From positions 1 through 64,000 of IMG/VR virus record IMGVR_UViG_3300000233_000006: a DNA stretch of 64,000 nucleotides; one strand, given 5' to 3'. The notes beneath the pieces are model-generated. The model was given only the letters and a program-made list of their open reading frames with translations. It searched no databases and was not told where the DNA came from. Source of the stretch: an uncultured virus (IMG/VR IMGVR_UViG_3300000233_000006) (lineage: Duplodnaviria; Heunggongvirae; Uroviricota; Caudoviricetes). Below are positions 10,124 to 20,985 of this stretch, piece by piece. Every line of letters starts with the position of its first letter. Within the stretch, counting starts at the first letter, position 1. The position numbers and the translations under genes are program-made.

Positions 10124-11302
10124 CTATACGTGTGTCTTAAAGTAAGGGACAAGTGAGTTAAAAAGACTCATGACTAATAAAAGTCGGTTACGTGATCCTT
10201 GTAAGAAATGACTTTTTTCGATCATTTCGTTAAGTGACTGACTCTTTTCAAGGACCGCCTTATTAAGCGTGTTGTCGGTTTTATCGACTACGCTATCAAT
10301 CGCGGTATTAAGTTCGTCGATAAAGATCTTGTCTTTTTCAACTTGATCAATAAGTCGCATGATGCAAACGTTGATACGGTCGTCGCTAAAGAGAGTGCAG
10401 AGCGACTGTAACGTCAGTGCATTCATTTCGTCTCGAACAGAGATATCGAGATGACCCATAACCAATCCGACCAACTCTGTTTCAGGGTGGCTTGCAAGCC
10501 ATAAGAAATTTTCGAAGTGGTTGCATTTTAAAAGATTCATGATTGCCTTAAAGGCATCTTGAACAACGCCGGTATATTCAGCTTCTTTACCGTGGATGTC
10601 ACGAGTATCGAGCATACCCGCGTCGAAATTTCTAAGTGGTTTTGCCGCAATCGATTCGAACTTACCTTCAAAAATGGCGATAAATTTTTCAGGTGACGTC
10701 GAGAGTATCCGAATGATCTCAATGTTAGACGTTTTAAATGTTTTAAACTCGATCAGAAGATCGTCAAGACTTTCAAAGACATCGTTCGGATAAATCGAAA
10801 AGATACCCTTTTGAACGGAGGCTTGAATCGCAACTGTCGCGACGATCATTTCAGATTCAAGAGCGGTACGCTGACGTTTTAAATGGCGCTGAACCACGCT
10901 AAGCTGAGTTTGAGATTTAAATGGAGTGAACGATTCAATGATCGTTCGGTCATTAAGTAAACCATTGAAATACGATTCGATCGCTACAGCCTCTGTTTTA
11001 GAGACACCTGCGTGAATTTGTTTTTCAAGATCGTCGAGTGCGATGAGTTTGTCTTGCCCATCAACCACAGTACGTATCGCGGTTTTTAGCGTATCACCGT
11101 CGAGATGATCGCCGAGAAGCGTCTGGCTATCGAGCGCTTCGTTATTATGAATATCAACAACGTCGGTCTCATCATCGGGACGAAGTAAAGAAGTTTTATT
11201 TTCTTGACTTTTTGCTTCGATAACGATGGGTCCGTTATTGTCAGTGCTTTCTAAAGCTACGGATTCGGTATCGGTTTCAGGATAATAGAAGATGCTATTC
11301 AT
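10124..11302 (-). CDS. head protein with prohead-protease sites (phiKZ gp86-like)
   Basis: Acidic N-terminus with VALES, AIES and ALES; synteny. Confidence 0.55.
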   Translation of the reverse strand: MNSIFYYPETDTESVALESTDNNGPIVIEAKSQENKTSLLRPDDETDVVDIHNNEALDSQTLLGDHLDGDTLKTAIRTVVDGQDKLIALDDLEKQIHAGVSKTEAVAIESYFNGLLNDRTIIESFTPFKSQTQLSVVQRHLKRQRTALESEMIVATVAIQASVQKGIFSIYPNDVFESLDDLLIEFKTFKTSNIEIIRILSTSPEKFIAIFEGKFESIAAKPLRNFDAGMLDTRDIHGKEAEYTGVVQDAFKAIMNLLKCNHFENFLWLASHPETELVGLVMGHLDISVRDEMNALTLQSLCTLFSDDRINVCIMRLIDQVEKDKIFIDELNTAIDSVVDKTDNTLNKAVLEKSQSLNEMIEKSHFLQGSRNRLLLVMSLFNSLVPYFKTHV

Positions 11303-11775
11303 TATCTAATCTCGGTCAGGAGTTTATCAATGTTGATAACGAGAAGATTGATGTCTTGACCTTTTTCATCAATCGCTTTAAGTGTCTCGGCATTAAGTGC
11401 GCAGGCTACGCCAAGGAACTCGGATACACATCGATTGTGGCTGACATAAGTCGCGTTATTTTTAGCTGACCCAAAAGCCGTATTGTAACGGAACGAATAG
11501 ATTTCATAAATGATTTCATTAACCTTATCAACGTCAAGTGAGATCCAATTATTAATCATGTCGATATGATTGAAAGATTCGGAAACCCCGATATTATTTC
11601 GGTAATAAGCACGGAGATTGTCAACCCTAGACGAAGGCAGTGTCAATTCATAAGCAATAACCTTGGCCACGGCAATGGACGTGATTAACGACCTTGAAAG
11701 GTCTGGGACGTTGTACGAAGATACGAAACGCTGGGTTTCTTGACTTAACTTAAGGAAGTCGTTGACATTGCTCAT
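11302..11775 (-). CDS. virion structural protein (phiKZ gp85-like)
   Basis: 157 aa; synteny. Confidence 0.55.
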   Translation of the reverse strand: MSNVNDFLKLSQETQRFVSSYNVPDLSRSLITSIAVAKVIAYELTLPSSRVDNLRAYYRNNIGVSESFNHIDMINNWISLDVDKVNEIIYEIYSFRYNTAFGSAKNNATYVSHNRCVSEFLGVACALNAETLKAIDEKGQDINLLVINIDKLLTEIR

Positions 11776-13118
11776 GAGGGGTACTCCATTTTGATTTCTG
11801 AGGACTTGACGTAAAGAGGATTGAGGATGACTGTTTCAAGCATTTTTTGGATCGCGACTGTACGTGCGGCACTTCGATGGGTCGGGAAGATGACGTTCGA
11901 GATTTCGGCATATACGTTTGGACTTTGTTTAATCTTGTCCATAGACGCATCAATCTCTTTAATCGCAGCAAGCGCCGGACGTACTTCTTCACGACTTAAA
12001 TCTTCGTCCATTAACATCTGAACATATTGATCACGGATACGCTTGTAACGCGTTACAAGATCGTCATACGTCATGTCTTTAAAACGATCGCCTGACATGA
12101 AGATAGTGATTGCGGTCAGAGCAAGTGCAAAAACAGTCAGTGGCGTTGTGACGTAGACCAGCGTGTTGAACGTTAAAGAAATAATGTTGAACGTAGGGAG
12201 AAGCGTGTCGAAGAATATCGACAATGCAAAAACGCTCTCGTGAGGACCGTGATAATGACGGTTAATTTTTTCAAGTGAAGATACGAGGTGTCGGCCATAA
12301 CCAAAACGTGCCGAAAACTGATCGGCAAGTTGTTCGGATGCCGTATAGTCGTAACGATCGTCTTTATACTGACTTTGACTTTCTTCAAAATAGAGGTCGA
12401 AGAGTCGACGGCCTAAAATGACGCGTTCAGAATCTTTTGTTAGGTCTGTAAACGCTATGGGTTTCTTTGAAGACGCCATATCTTCAAGCTTAATGTACTT
12501 GTAATTAATCACATCGTGTCGATTTTCAGAATACATTTCCTTGGCGATATCTGCGATCACTTGATTCATACTTTCCAAACGATCGCTATATTCAAACGTT
12601 GTGAACGCATGTCCGATTTCATGGAGAACGATCGCCACCATCTCTGCGGCTGTTAAATTAAGAACCTTAACATTTGACCATAAGTCAAAAAAGACGTGAT
12701 GGAGACGCTCTGAGAACATACCTGAGACACGCGCAAGTCGTAGGTTGACCGTACCTCGATTCGACTTGAGGTTTTTAATTTCGTCTTCAATGTATTTGAT
12801 CGCATCTTTATGGTCGAAACGATCTTTGAACAATACGTTATGCGGCGGCAATGGCAGTATCATGATCGCTGCCGTAATGGTCGAAGAGAAGTTAAAGCTT
12901 ACCTTTAAACCGAAGCGTTCAAAAACCAAAATCTCCATCAGTTTCTTAGACGGGATTTGACTAAATTTAACATCTTTTCGATGGTCAGTTTTGTTAATGA
13001 TTTCCCGAAGTACCTCAAAATGTTTTTCAAGTTCCTGACCAAACGTATCGCTTTGAAAAGAAATCGTTTCGAGTGAAGGTGTGACGCGAAGGCGTCCAAA
13101 CGATGGCGTGTAATCCAT
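11772..13118 (-). CDS. virion protein with HExxH zinc-peptidase motif (phiKZ gp84-like)
   Basis: LHEIGHAF and SEQLADQF (M48-like); internal hydrophobic hairpin; PSLE site. Confidence 0.65.
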   Translation of the reverse strand: MDYTPSFGRLRVTPSLETISFQSDTFGQELEKHFEVLREIINKTDHRKDVKFSQIPSKKLMEILVFERFGLKVSFNFSSTITAAIMILPLPPHNVLFKDRFDHKDAIKYIEDEIKNLKSNRGTVNLRLARVSGMFSERLHHVFFDLWSNVKVLNLTAAEMVAIVLHEIGHAFTTFEYSDRLESMNQVIADIAKEMYSENRHDVINYKYIKLEDMASSKKPIAFTDLTKDSERVILGRRLFDLYFEESQSQYKDDRYDYTASEQLADQFSARFGYGRHLVSSLEKINRHYHGPHESVFALSIFFDTLLPTFNIISLTFNTLVYVTTPLTVFALALTAITIFMSGDRFKDMTYDDLVTRYKRIRDQYVQMLMDEDLSREEVRPALAAIKEIDASMDKIKQSPNVYAEISNVIFPTHRSAARTVAIQKMLETVILNPLYVKSSEIKMEYPS

Positions 13119-13176
13119 AGGAATTCCTTTTTTATGAAGTGGGTCAGATGGTATGCAAAAAAGAGGTATTTAAATT

Positions 13177-14823
13177 ATGTCAAAAGTTACTGGTAAGGAA
13201 TGTCGTTTTGTTGTCAGACTGCCGGATCACGTAAGTCAGGGACAAGACTATCATCTGATAAAAGAACAGGTCCATCATGATGACGGGTCAGTCACTCCTA
13301 ATCTACATATCGTAAAGAATTTTAAAAGGCCTTTTTGGGTAACTAAAGAAGGTCATCGCAACCATAAAGAAAAAAAAGAAAGTGAAAACGTCGATAACCT
13401 TATTGAATTTTCAAGCACTGAGAGTGAACTTGCCTTTAACGTATCGAAAGCTTTAAAAACATTTTCATCCAAGCCGAATATCCAGAAGTTGTCAGACAAC
13501 CCTTACCTGTACGGAACTGACATTTCCTCAAGTTCAATTATTAAACATATCTATGGCGAACGGTATAATGTATCGCCAACACCTTATACGTACTGTACAT
13601 TAGATATCGAAACGGACGTCATTGGTGATCTCGATATTCTCATGATTACGATTTCTAATAAAACAAATATCTATACCGTGATTAATAAAGAATTTGTTAA
13701 AGGGTTTTCAGATCCTCTTTCGGACATTCGACGTCTTAGTAAGGTATATTTAAAAGATATACTTGAAAAAGGTATCGTTAGCGACGTCATTATCGCTGAA
13801 GACGCCATGGACGTTGTGGTTAAGACTTTTGAAAAAATTCACGAGTGGCAACCTGATTTTCTTTCGATATGGAATATGAACTTTGACATCAGACGTATCA
13901 TTGAAACGTGTGATAAAAACGGAGTCCATCCTGAGGACATATTTTCGGATCCGACGATCCCACAACATTTTAGATTTTTTAGGTATAAGGAAGGTCGAAG
14001 TAAGAAAGTGACGTCAAGTGGTAAGGTCATGAGCGTACCTCCTGCGGCTCAATGGCATACGGTTTTCTCACCTTCAAGCTTCTATGTGATCGACGCGATG
14101 TGTTCGTATAAACACATTCGTCTTGGACAACCTGAAGAACAGTCCTATAAACTGGATGCGATTTTAAACAAGGAACTTAAAAAGGGTAAGTTAAAGGTTC
14201 CTGGAACAGAGGAGCTTACAGGCATCCTTTTCCATCAGGTAATGCAACGTGATAAGAAAATAGAATATATTGTTTACAATATCTTCGACGCTTACGACAT
14301 GGTTGAACTTGAGGAAAAAACTAAGGATATCAGTATTTCTCTTCCATTGTTTTCAGGAGATAGCGAATTTTCTTCTTTTGAATACCAGCCTAAGCGCGCA
14401 TCTGACGCACTCCACTTCTTTTTCTTAGAGAACGGACGCGTTATCGCTTCGATGGGTAAGAACGCCAAATCCGAAGACGATGATGAGTTTGAAGCTGACT
14501 TATCAGGCTGGATCATTACACTTCCTGCTTACTTAACCGAATCAAATGGCGAGGCTTTGATTCAGGAAGGCTCGATGGTGAATAATAACATACGTCGCTA
14601 TGTTGCCGACCTTGACATTTCTGCCGCCTATCCAAGTGGACAGATTTGTTATAACATGTCTAAGGAGACAACGCATAGCGAGCTTGTTTCGGTTGAAGGC
14701 ATAAGTGAGGAAGTTTATCGAGCGCAAAATATTAACCTGTCTTCAGGTTCTGTTAATGCAATCGAATACTGTACGTTTATGTTCGGTTTTCCTGATGTTG
14801 ACGATATTATTAACTTAATCTAA
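13177..14823 (+). CDS. split family B DNA polymerase, 3'-5' exonuclease + motif A subunit (phiKZ gp82-like)
   Basis: LDIET (ExoI), WNMNFD (ExoII), YNIFD (ExoIII), DLDISAAYPS (PolB motif A). Confidence 0.85.
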   Translation: MSKVTGKECRFVVRLPDHVSQGQDYHLIKEQVHHDDGSVTPNLHIVKNFKRPFWVTKEGHRNHKEKKESENVDNLIEFSSTESELAFNVSKALKTFSSKPNIQKLSDNPYLYGTDISSSSIIKHIYGERYNVSPTPYTYCTLDIETDVIGDLDILMITISNKTNIYTVINKEFVKGFSDPLSDIRRLSKVYLKDILEKGIVSDVIIAEDAMDVVVKTFEKIHEWQPDFLSIWNMNFDIRRIIETCDKNGVHPEDIFSDPTIPQHFRFFRYKEGRSKKVTSSGKVMSVPPAAQWHTVFSPSSFYVIDAMCSYKHIRLGQPEEQSYKLDAILNKELKKGKLKVPGTEELTGILFHQVMQRDKKIEYIVYNIFDAYDMVELEEKTKDISISLPLFSGDSEFSSFEYQPKRASDALHFFFLENGRVIASMGKNAKSEDDDEFEADLSGWIITLPAYLTESNGEALIQEGSMVNNNIRRYVADLDISAAYPSGQICYNMSKETTHSELVSVEGISEEVYRAQNINLSSGSVNAIEYCTFMFGFPDVDDIINLI

Positions 14824-14862
14824 GTTAAGTGATAGGGTGCCTAGGCACCCTATCACTTAACT
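14823..14862. terminator. 40-bp perfect palindrome, bidirectional terminator
   Basis: agttaagtgatagggtgcct|aggcaccctatcacttaact between convergent genes. Confidence 0.8.
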
Positions 14863-14880
14863 ACAGTACGTCTGAGTAGT

Positions 14881-15147
14881 TTACAATACAGTCTGTAAAA
14901 TGCCGTTTTTAAAGATCACGGTCGTTATGATGCGTTTTACTTTACTATTTTTATAACTCAGATAGTTTATTTTAATGCCTGTAAGGCCTTTACCTCCAAC
15001 ATCAATTTCATCACTTGTCGCGTAGGAGTTAACGTCTTTAAAGGGAACGTGAATTTCTCGATTCTTTAAAATCTCTCCCTGCCGAACCGATACAAGTAAG
15101 TTTTTGGTGACTGGAGATTCGAGGAGAGTAATCATGATGCCGTGCAT
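14881..15147 (-). CDS. hypothetical protein
   Basis: 88-aa ORF co-oriented with neighbours. Confidence 0.55.
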   Translation of the reverse strand: MHGIMITLLESPVTKNLLVSVRQGEILKNREIHVPFKDVNSYATSDEIDVGGKGLTGIKINYLSYKNSKVKRIITTVIFKNGILQTVL

Positions 15148-15166
15148 TGGAAAAGTACTCTTAAGT

Positions 15167-15664
15167 TTAGTGACAAAAGGAAAGGTTTGGAGGGTAGTGA
15201 CAAAAGGAAAGGTTTGAAATGATTTCTACGCGCGTGTCAACTGAAAAGAGTTTAAAAGGTTTAACGGTCTCTCTTCCTGAAAGCGTATAGTACATGCCGT
15301 ACGCTTTATCATAGCGACGAATAGCAATCTCTATTTTGATTCTTGCATTCGTGTTTATCAAACCGTACTTAAGCTCAAAAGATCCTAATTGAGCAAGTAA
15401 AAACACGTTCCCATTTTTCTCGACAACGATTTCAGTCTTCGGACGAGGTATTGATCGACGCTCATTATTAGAGTTTGAGAGCGTGACTATAGTGTGTTTA
15501 AAATCTTTTTTAAGCACGTCGTCGGTTTCGTTTTGAGTTTTGTGAGTTAGGAAGTACTCGGTTTCTTCTTGAGAAAATAAAACGACCTGACCTAAGTTAA
15601 GATGCTTTATTTTACTAAGATACTCCGAATCTTTATCTAAAGCGATGTGATGAAAGTCGTCCAT
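15167..15664 (-). CDS. hypothetical protein
   Basis: 165 aa; C-terminal NLSFCH duplicated. Confidence 0.65.
   Translation of the reverse strand: MDDFHHIALDKDSEYLSKIKHLNLGQVVLFSQEETEYFLTHKTQNETDDVLKKDFKHTIVTLSNSNNERRSIPRPKTEIVVEKNGNVFLLAQLGSFELKYGLINTNARIKIEIAIRRYDKAYGMYYTLSGRETVKPFKLFSVDTRVEIISNLSFCHYPPNLSFCH
15168..15216. repeat. 22-bp direct repeat x2 (period 27)
   Basis: tagtgacaaaaggaaaggtttg at 15168-15189 and 15195-15216. Confidence 0.9.
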
Positions 15665-15717
15665 AATTTAGCCTTTAATGTAGTCATACTAAGAATACGA
15701 TTTGTTTTTTTAAACCA

Positions 15718-15746
15718 TATGTGTGTAGGGTTACCCTACACACATA
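15718..15746 (-). terminator. terminator hairpin
   Basis: tatgtgtgtagggt-t-accctacacacata. Confidence 0.75.
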
Positions 15747-15755
15747 CGTATTCTT

Positions 15756-16481
15756 TTACTTTGTGTAAAACATCATGACGTTTTGACGTGCTTGTTCATT
15801 ATCAAGCGTATTCGTTAGGCGCGGAAGATTGACTGACTTAATCGCGAGTTCGCGTGATCTTTGGTCAGTCGAAACTTTCAATAGGTTAACAATCGCCCTG
15901 AAGGCATTTGCTTCTTTGAACGGGATAGTCCAATGACTAATGAAGCGGTTGATGTAACGATCGGAAAGTACGCCGTCTTCATGATGTTTGAAGAACAAAA
16001 TGACGATCGACCATTGGCGACGAAACTCGGTCAAGGTTGGTTGAGCGAGAACGTCTTTGAGCGTTGCCCAGAACGCGATGTCATTACGCGCGCCCTGATC
16101 GAGCGATACTGTTTTGCCAGTTTTATTGTCGTCTGCAAACTTATCGAGTCTTGAAATAAGACTTTTCAGTTTGGTTTCCTGGCTTTTACGGATGAATTCG
16201 CTCGCCGACAGGTAAGTAATTTCGTCGGACTGACTTGGAGTATCGCTGACAGGATCTTCTTGAACGTCTTCAATTTCAGGAAGAGAATTGTCTTCTACAG
16301 CCTCAATTTCTTTGATATCCGAAAGATCGTTACTGTCGATGGGTTCTGACTGAACGTCTTCGACGACGACAGGTGCAACAGCAACTTCATTAACTTCATC
16401 GGTCTGAACCGGCAATGTAGGTTCTGAAGAACCGTTTTTTACTTCGGTATCGGGTTTTGGTCGGATAGGTACGCGAGCCAT
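15756..16481 (-). CDS. conserved phiKZ-like protein (gp81 position)
   Basis: Acidic disordered N-terminus plus helical C-terminal domain; synteny next to the gp80-like gene. Confidence 0.6.
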   Translation of the reverse strand: MARVPIRPKPDTEVKNGSSEPTLPVQTDEVNEVAVAPVVVEDVQSEPIDSNDLSDIKEIEAVEDNSLPEIEDVQEDPVSDTPSQSDEITYLSASEFIRKSQETKLKSLISRLDKFADDNKTGKTVSLDQGARNDIAFWATLKDVLAQPTLTEFRRQWSIVILFFKHHEDGVLSDRYINRFISHWTIPFKEANAFRAIVNLLKVSTDQRSRELAIKSVNLPRLTNTLDNEQARQNVMMFYTK

Positions 16482-16530
16482 GAATATCTCCTAGAAAAAA
16501 CAAAAAAAGTCCATACGATAGTTAAAAAAC

Positions 16531-17823
16531 TTAAGAAAGAACTTTACTGAGATCGAGTTTAACGACCGTGAGTGCACTACCGTGCATCTTTTTCATAAAC
16601 GTATACATCATAACCGAACCGTAATTTGCGACAGCCGTTGGTATCATCGTTTCACTTGAACTTAAAAATGTTCCAACACACCTTTTACAAAACGACATTC
16701 CTTCACTTTTACAGTACATCGGACTTCTGACGATGACGGTTTTATTAACGAGGGTTTTTGCATCTGCTTCATTTTTAATGAGTAAAGGTTCTTTCGTTCC
16801 TACGATATAGAGACCTACGATCTTTTTATAATTCTTTTCGGTGATGAGAAGGCGTCGACCAAGACGTGTACCGCAGTCATCGATCGTAACTTTAACACCG
16901 TTACTTACTCTGAAAAGCCACTTTGTCATTTCCCCACCAAGCGATGTCTGGGCGCCACGGTTATACGATCCTGAACGCGAGTTGTCGATGTACATAGGAA
17001 GTCGTGTAATATCCCAGCCTTCGTCAAGTGATTTAATTACAGGCTCGATACGTTCGGTTTCGTTAAACCCTATTTCAGCACCAAAAGCAAGGTGGAGTTT
17101 CTTACGAGAAACCCCACGTAATTTCTCACCTGTCGCAAATCGTTCTGCGGCTAAATCGCCTTTGAGGTATTCGTCATCAAAAGCTCTAAGCTTACCTTCA
17201 AACTCAGCCATCGTAGCTGGGTCCTTTAAACGACCTTCGTATTCCGTGACAAGTTTAGCTTTGTATTCGGCTATACCTTTAGGTCCTGTAATCGTTTTTT
17301 CGCTATTCGCCCAAACGCACAGTTGACTAAAGTTTTCAAGGTAAGACAGTGCGTCAACAAACTTAATACGTTCTGAAGGATAGAACGTGTTAGGATCCTT
17401 AGGCTGATTGTCCAAAGGCTCATCTTTAAAATTAAGTGAGATCGTTTTTTCGATTTGACCAACGGTCAACTTTCCTGTTAGAAAAGGAATTTTGTTACCA
17501 AAAGGTTCAATGATGGCGACGAGGTTAAATAAAGCATTACCGATAGTTGTCGATACCGATCCCTTAACATTTGAAAAAATGTCTTCGGTCGCAATAAACT
17601 TTTCAAGGAATGCAAAGAGCGGTTCGTTAGGCGACGCATCCTCGATGACGTGGTACGTACCATGTTCATCTTTAAATCGATACCCTTTAATATCGGATTC
17701 GATTCGGTACGGATAGTTATATAGCGTATCATTTCTAAATACAGAGAAAGCCCGTATAACCCAATCCGTCTTTCGGTAAAGTTTTAATTTAAAGGCGATG
17801 TTAAGGTATTCAAACCGTTTCAT
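16531..17823 (-). CDS. virion RNA polymerase beta'-like subunit (phiKZ gp80-like)
   Basis: SRSGSYNRGAQT.LGG (bridge-helix region), DDCGT, RSPMYC..FCKRCVG zinc site, FMKKMHG (trigger-loop-like). Confidence 0.85.
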   Translation of the reverse strand: MKRFEYLNIAFKLKLYRKTDWVIRAFSVFRNDTLYNYPYRIESDIKGYRFKDEHGTYHVIEDASPNEPLFAFLEKFIATEDIFSNVKGSVSTTIGNALFNLVAIIEPFGNKIPFLTGKLTVGQIEKTISLNFKDEPLDNQPKDPNTFYPSERIKFVDALSYLENFSQLCVWANSEKTITGPKGIAEYKAKLVTEYEGRLKDPATMAEFEGKLRAFDDEYLKGDLAAERFATGEKLRGVSRKKLHLAFGAEIGFNETERIEPVIKSLDEGWDITRLPMYIDNSRSGSYNRGAQTSLGGEMTKWLFRVSNGVKVTIDDCGTRLGRRLLITEKNYKKIVGLYIVGTKEPLLIKNEADAKTLVNKTVIVRSPMYCKSEGMSFCKRCVGTFLSSSETMIPTAVANYGSVMMYTFMKKMHGSALTVVKLDLSKVLS

Positions 17824-17836
17824 GAACAGGTTCCTT

Positions 17837-18685
17837 TTAGTGCTTTGACGCGCGTTTAAAATCTGAAAAGGTAACCGTGAGACGATCTGTGATTTCTTTA
17901 ATCTTGATAGCGGCTTGCGTATTAATAATAAGTAAGTTAATAAGTTTAGCTATTCCTTGACCGTTATCACGATCGCCGTTTTTCGCTATAAGTGAAATAC
18001 TAAAGATATCCAAGGCCATAACTTCAACACGCGTTTCTTCAGTGAAATAAGTCGTGATGAAAGGTATATAATTTTCGATTTTCTGATCCGGGATAAAACC
18101 GCTTTCGATTAGTCCGTAACCAATGAAACGTGTATGTCCCACCATACTTGATAATGCCTTAATATCCGAAACAATTTGTTCGAAACGTTTTGAGTCAACA
18201 CTTAGTTCGTCGTCAACTTTAAAAGTATCATTAATTTTACTTACGAAGTCCTGGCCGACCGAAGTGATGATAGTGTGTAAATGCGTGTATTCAAGTGCCG
18301 TAGTACCTTCTACGAGACGTATAAAGTCATCGAGAGGATCGTCACTTCCGTTACTCAACATCTCAAAATAATAATTATCTTGAGAGCTTTGGAAAAGTAC
18401 GACGGCTCGCATTAATTCTACTCGATCCGACAATACTGATGCCGGATCGAGAATAAGTGAATGTTCTTTAAGTACGAAGTAGGATGCTTCATTAATGATG
18501 TCATGGAACGAACTTATAAAGTCGGTTCGAGTCATGTACGATTCTTTTCCAACTAATTCGTCAATACGTTCGAGGTAAGTAGGTGTCTTAAATTTTTCAA
18601 GTAACTCAACAGCCTCTGTCAGAACAAATGCGAGTTCAGGTGTGAAATTTATTTTAAAGAACGATTCGTTATTTGACAAAGACAT
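17837..18685 (-). CDS. conserved virion-associated protein (phiKZ gp79-like)
   Basis: 282 aa; synteny. Confidence 0.55.
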   Translation of the reverse strand: MSLSNNESFFKINFTPELAFVLTEAVELLEKFKTPTYLERIDELVGKESYMTRTDFISSFHDIINEASYFVLKEHSLILDPASVLSDRVELMRAVVLFQSSQDNYYFEMLSNGSDDPLDDFIRLVEGTTALEYTHLHTIITSVGQDFVSKINDTFKVDDELSVDSKRFEQIVSDIKALSSMVGHTRFIGYGLIESGFIPDQKIENYIPFITTYFTEETRVEVMALDIFSISLIAKNGDRDNGQGIAKLINLLIINTQAAIKIKEITDRLTVTFSDFKRASKH

Positions 18686-18788
18686 GAACTAGGCCTCGTA
18701 GTAAATATAAAAAAAAAAGTGACTTCGGTATCTTTTGACTGAAAAGACAGTCTTTCATAGTATTTTAATCATTTCGGGAGTTTTTTTT

Positions 18789-19295
18789 ATGGCCGGTATT
18801 GTAAAAAAAGATTTTGCGTTGCCTAAGAAAAAGAAACTGGCTTCCTCAGTCAGTCATGAGATTCAAAAGAGCGCCGTGTCTGCGCCTGTACATAACTGGG
18901 ATGACCTTACGGGTCTATATCAAAGTATAGCGAATGCTATTATCTCGGTCGCGATTGAAGTTAAGAGTATCATTGAAAGAAAAGAAATCGCCGAACATAT
19001 TGAGAACCGCGTCGAATTCGATACGTTTGTTAATGCACTTTTTTCTGACTCGCAAAGATGTTCTGGGATCGTCAGGGATATTTACGAAAAACACAAGGAT
19101 TTTTCAGGTCTCGTGAAGACTGATGAAGAACTGAGACTTATTCTGACGTTGTACGAAGAATACATTGTCCTCAATAGTGACTTTCAAACAAACATCACGA
19201 ACAGCATGCTTGAAATTTCAATCATGGCTATGGATGCGAGTGAACGTTACGAAGCGACTTTAAAACAACCAACCCAGCCTGAGGCCGCGTTATGA
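18789..19295 (+). CDS. conserved hypothetical protein (gp78 position)
   Basis: Start moved to ATG 18789 (GGGAG RBS); overlaps the next start codon. Confidence 0.65.
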   Translation: MAGIVKKDFALPKKKKLASSVSHEIQKSAVSAPVHNWDDLTGLYQSIANAIISVAIEVKSIIERKEIAEHIENRVEFDTFVNALFSDSQRCSGIVRDIYEKHKDFSGLVKTDEELRLILTLYEEYIVLNSDFQTNITNSMLEISIMAMDASERYEATLKQPTQPEAAL

Positions 19296-20866
19296 TTAGT
19301 ACAGAAAACAACGTATCGAGTCCTGTGGACGACGACGCAATTAACCTTCAAGTAGAAATGTCGGAAACTATGCAGCCTGTGCTCGAAGAGACACCGGTCA
19401 TCGATACTGATTTTACTCCAAAGTCCACGACAAAAATTAACTACCGTGTTTTGATCACAGAGCCGTTCAGCAAACCTACTAAATGGTCTGAGGACGACGA
19501 CATCATTACACTCCCGTCAGACACTGACAAAAATGTAACCGATCGCTTGCGTGATTCAGGCATCGCAAGTCTTATTGGTAATACCAATGTTCAGTTAAGT
19601 TCCGAGCGTCTAGCCTGGCTCGACGCTATTCGTCGAGGAAGTACGCTAACTTCATTTGACGGATCCTTTGTTCCAACGGTTGAAGACGAAGCGTCTGACT
19701 TTACAAACAACATGGAAATTAACGGAGCTAGCATTAAGCCGCGTCTACGTCAAGTCAGTCAAGTTGAAAACCAAAGTCTTAAAGGTGAAGCGGCCGTGTG
19801 GCAAGCTTTAAGCTATTTGGGTCAAGGTAGTTTCTTCCAGGTTCCCTTATGGCATACCGGTATCTGGGTGACGTTACGTACGCCAAGTGACGATGCACTT
19901 GTGGAGCTTCACCGTTCGATGATCTCAGATAAAATTCGTTTTGGTCGTTCGGATTACGGTCTTCCTTTCTCAAACGTTACTACGTACACCACTGACCGTC
20001 TTGTTGACTTTGTCATCAGTCACATCGACAAAAATACGCTTAGTGCCAAAACGATTCCTGACGGTGACTTGAAAAAGGTTATTGTGTCACAAGACATCCC
20101 ATCTTTACTTTGGGGTCTTGCATGTTCGATCTATCCTCAAGGTTTCCAGTATCGTCGTGCCTGCACCACAGATCCTGAAAAATGTACACATATTGTTGAA
20201 GAACTTCTTGCATTAAGCGAGCTACAGTTTGTCAATAAGAACGCATTAACGGACTGGCAACGCCAACATATGTTTGATCGTAAAGCCGGTTCCAAAAGCT
20301 ATGACGAAGTTAAGCATTACATCAGTGAGATGAAAGCTCTAAATCGTCGCGTGGTGAAGATCAAGAATAATCAAGGTCTTGAAATGGAGATTTGTCTTAA
20401 ATCTCCAACCGTAAGTTCCTACGTCAGTGCGGGTTATCAATGGATTGGTGAAATCATTGAAGCCGTTGAAACGGTCATTGAGGAAGACGCGTCTTCTGAT
20501 GATAAGGAACAACTGATGATTCGTCATGCGCAAGCATCATCATTACGTCAGTACGGCCATTGGGTTGAAAGCTTTAAGTTCGGTACAAATACCATTGAAC
20601 ATTACGAAACGATACTGAGTCTACTTAAGCGATTAAGCGCGGATAAGGCGGTGCGTGAAGGTATCATGGATGCTGTAACTAAGTACATTAATGAATCGAC
20701 GGTATCAGTCATCGCACTCCCTGTTTATGACTGTCCCGCCTGCGGAACCGAGCAACGTGATGGACTCTTTAATATCCCTGGCTTTGTTAATCTCTTGCCC
20801 TTGGATCCTCAACGGCTTTTTTTCTTCCTTCTCGTGCAGAGGATGGAGAAGATGAGTCTTCGTTAA
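19292..20866 (+). CDS. phiKZ gp77-like core protein; candidate tail/baseplate assembly chaperone
   Basis: VPLWHTGIWVTL, YPQGF..RAC and CPACG motifs; C-terminal LFF encoded by a slippery T TTT TTC. Confidence 0.7.
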   Translation: MISTENNVSSPVDDDAINLQVEMSETMQPVLEETPVIDTDFTPKSTTKINYRVLITEPFSKPTKWSEDDDIITLPSDTDKNVTDRLRDSGIASLIGNTNVQLSSERLAWLDAIRRGSTLTSFDGSFVPTVEDEASDFTNNMEINGASIKPRLRQVSQVENQSLKGEAAVWQALSYLGQGSFFQVPLWHTGIWVTLRTPSDDALVELHRSMISDKIRFGRSDYGLPFSNVTTYTTDRLVDFVISHIDKNTLSAKTIPDGDLKKVIVSQDIPSLLWGLACSIYPQGFQYRRACTTDPEKCTHIVEELLALSELQFVNKNALTDWQRQHMFDRKAGSKSYDEVKHYISEMKALNRRVVKIKNNQGLEMEICLKSPTVSSYVSAGYQWIGEIIEAVETVIEEDASSDDKEQLMIRHAQASSLRQYGHWVESFKFGTNTIEHYETILSLLKRLSADKAVREGIMDAVTKYINESTVSVIALPVYDCPACGTEQRDGLFNIPGFVNLLPLDPQRLFFFLLVQRMEKMSLR

Positions 20867-20985
20867 ATCACGTAGGCAGTCGTAATTATGATGAGTACGG
20901 ACATGTCTTTGACTCCATCTCTAAATTTACGATTGCCTCAGGATCACCTCTGTACGGAACCGATAAACAGATCGTTCTTAAGGAC

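Noticed and set aside
15168..15216. 22-bp direct repeat as an att site or target-site duplication
   Set aside because: The copies are only 5 bp apart with no integrase or transposase nearby; a slippage duplication at a gene end is simpler
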